Of a stretch of DNA of 64,000 bases, positions 62,145 through 64,000 are shown piece after piece. The DNA is taken from positions 8,285,909 to 8,349,908 of the forward strand of contig CM074804.1 of NCBI GenBank assembly GCA_037447605.1, in the 5' to 3' direction. Position 1 is the first letter of the stretch, and every line of letters starts with the position of its first letter. A program made the position numbers and the translations under genes. This stretch comes from Zygnema circumcarinatum SAG 698-1b (lineage: Eukaryota; Plantae; Zygnematophyceae). The notes beneath the pieces were generated by a model. It searched no databases. It worked only from the letters and a program-made list of their open reading frames with translations, and was not told the origin of the DNA.

Positions 62145-64000
62145 TTTGTATACCATGGAGAGCAGTTCTGTCAGCTGCCTATCAGCGGGCTGCACCAGTG
62201 TATATAGGGGACATTTATTCTCTGTCTGCAGTCACTTACGTTCATCAAAGGCAGAGCGCAAAAGAGGTTGAGGAACCAGTCGCTGCGGAGGGATGTGTTC
62301 TCTACAAAAGTGCATGCGAAATGGCCATTATTATGAAGGGGATGTGCAAAGTTATCTGTTGGCTCAAGTTTGGAAATTGAAAGTTGGTGAATTGGTTGGC
62401 CTGGCAACAGGCGATGTTGCCGCGTTTGTTGCTGTGGTGTGGTTTTTTTTTTGTATTATTGTTCGGTGATGTTGGATTCACAAAATCACAGGTAGTTACC
62501 ATCATCCCCGCTGTAATCAGCAGAGAACATCCAATACATAGTGTTTCAGGAAACCAGATTTCAGGTTTATAGTTTGCTCAATCCCCCCTTTTCTTTCGAA
62601 TAGTATTAGCAGAATAGATTAAGATGTTGTAGAAGGGAACTGTAATATCTGGTTCGCTACTGCTGTATAGTGTCAGCAGCGTACCCATATTTAAATAATA
62701 GAAAGTATATATGTATTTTGAAGTATTTGCAAAAGGGATGTCGCTTTGATCCCACGGTGACGATGCCATCAAGTGTACATGGGCAAAATCACCATGGGGA
62801 ACCACGATGGACTGACCCAAAGCACAAAAGAAAACGCTAGGAGGTGGAAAACTACGCCTAGGTTCAACAACGCAGCCTTAAAGCAGCCGCGAAGGCATTT
62901 TGAGGTATGTATGTCATGTAGTTTTGGGAATACTGTACGTATGTATGTGTGTATGCATTTTGGAGGTGTATGAGGGTACTGAATATTGCCATTGGTGGAT
63001 GTGATGGCATGCATGCATGCATCCGTCATCATGTGCCCCCCATGCGACACATGCGTCGCTCCACAGCCACGTGGCGCCGGGCCATCCTGATCCAAAAAGG
63101 CCGTACGAAACCGTACGGGGCCGCGCGGGCGGGCGGGCGGGCGAGATCCCTAACGGGCGTCCGCCGGCGAGATCTTCTCCGCGCGACCTCGCGGCCCAAG
63201 GCTGGGAAGGCTGCCCGGAAAAAAAGGCGCTCAAATAACTTTCAGGTTGTCTGCTTGATAAAAATATTTCTGCCCGAAAACCGAATCAGAGTTCCAAACA
63301 AAACATTTTATTCTGCCCGAATTTTAGGTCTGATTCAATGGCCAATAAGACGTCTCCTTTCAGGATTGGTCGAAGAGAAACTTTCTATTTTTCTTCGTCT
63401 GGTTTTTTGATGGTAGCATTTTTTTTTTCACTGAACACTGCCCAGAACGTTTTTCATAATAATTACAGTATTGTTAAACTAAAAATAAACTAAAAATGGT
63501 TTCCTTTCGGGCATTAAAATATCCAAGTTTTTCGGGCAGGGAAAAAAAGACGGATCAGGGGCCCTCCTTTCCCAATGGGGGCCCCTCTTGAAAGAGCGTC
63601 GTGCTTGGTTCAGGGAAGGCCAAGGGGGGCGGCCATGGCCATGGGCAAGGGAGCTCCATCTCCCTCCACCGATCCTCGAGGCGACCATGGCATCTGCCTG
63701 GTTCTGGTGTAATCTGAGAAATACAATATTTGTATGTATGGGGCCACCGGAGCATGACCATGGCATGCATGAATCCATCATTATCATCACCCATCCCTAA
63801 ATGCTGCGGGCTGGTGCTAGTTGCAAACAGGGCTGGATCTTGACGGGATGGAAGTCCAGTGATAAGAAGACGACGAGAGGGAGGGAGAGGGAGGGAGAGG
63901 GAGGGGGAGAGAGAGAGTGAGAGCGCGCATATATTGATCCTGCAGGGTCGAGATTATGCTCACAAAGGCCGTTGCAAGGCGCACAATGCAGGGCTGACTG

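Noticed and set aside
63640-63660. AAGGGAGCTCC resembling the miR159/319 3' end
   Set aside because: Only 11 nt match and no star-strand partner is visible.

Overview
Intron-rich eukaryotic nuclear DNA of a green-plant (streptophyte) type; the species cannot be fixed from sequence alone. It looks like a short-read scaffold: six 10-N gaps sit next to (CT)/(GA)-rich or C-run tracts, and two ~1.3-1.4 kb exact duplications span gaps. Nine spliced protein-coding genes are supported: the 3' part of a TPT-family nucleotide-sugar/phosphate translocator (+), SCO2/CYO1 (-), a membrane-anchored malectin-domain protein (-), a full-size ABCA transporter (-), an EDR2-like PH-START-DUF1336 protein (+), an ascorbate-oxidase-type multicopper oxidase (-), an unnamed membrane-embedded alpha/beta-hydrolase (+), a plastid-targeted pseudokinase (-) and peroxisomal SCP2 (+). 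Six of the genes form three head-to-head pairs with motif-rich promoters (GTAC and ABRE/G-box clusters). The strongest observation is the ABCA gene, which appears intact but has systematically degenerate ATPase motifs: NBD1 Q-loop Q>A and Walker B E>Q, and signatures LTPAQ (NBD1) and CKAST (NBD2). Also notable are the AHSHGG hydrolase with transmembrane helices inside its fold, a telo-box minisatellite with a perfect 40-bp fold-back in its first intron, a 42-bp-period palindrome array upstream of SCO2, and a MITE-like element. Most long ORFs in the supplied track are low-complexity artefacts. Exon boundaries were read by eye and some are uncertain.
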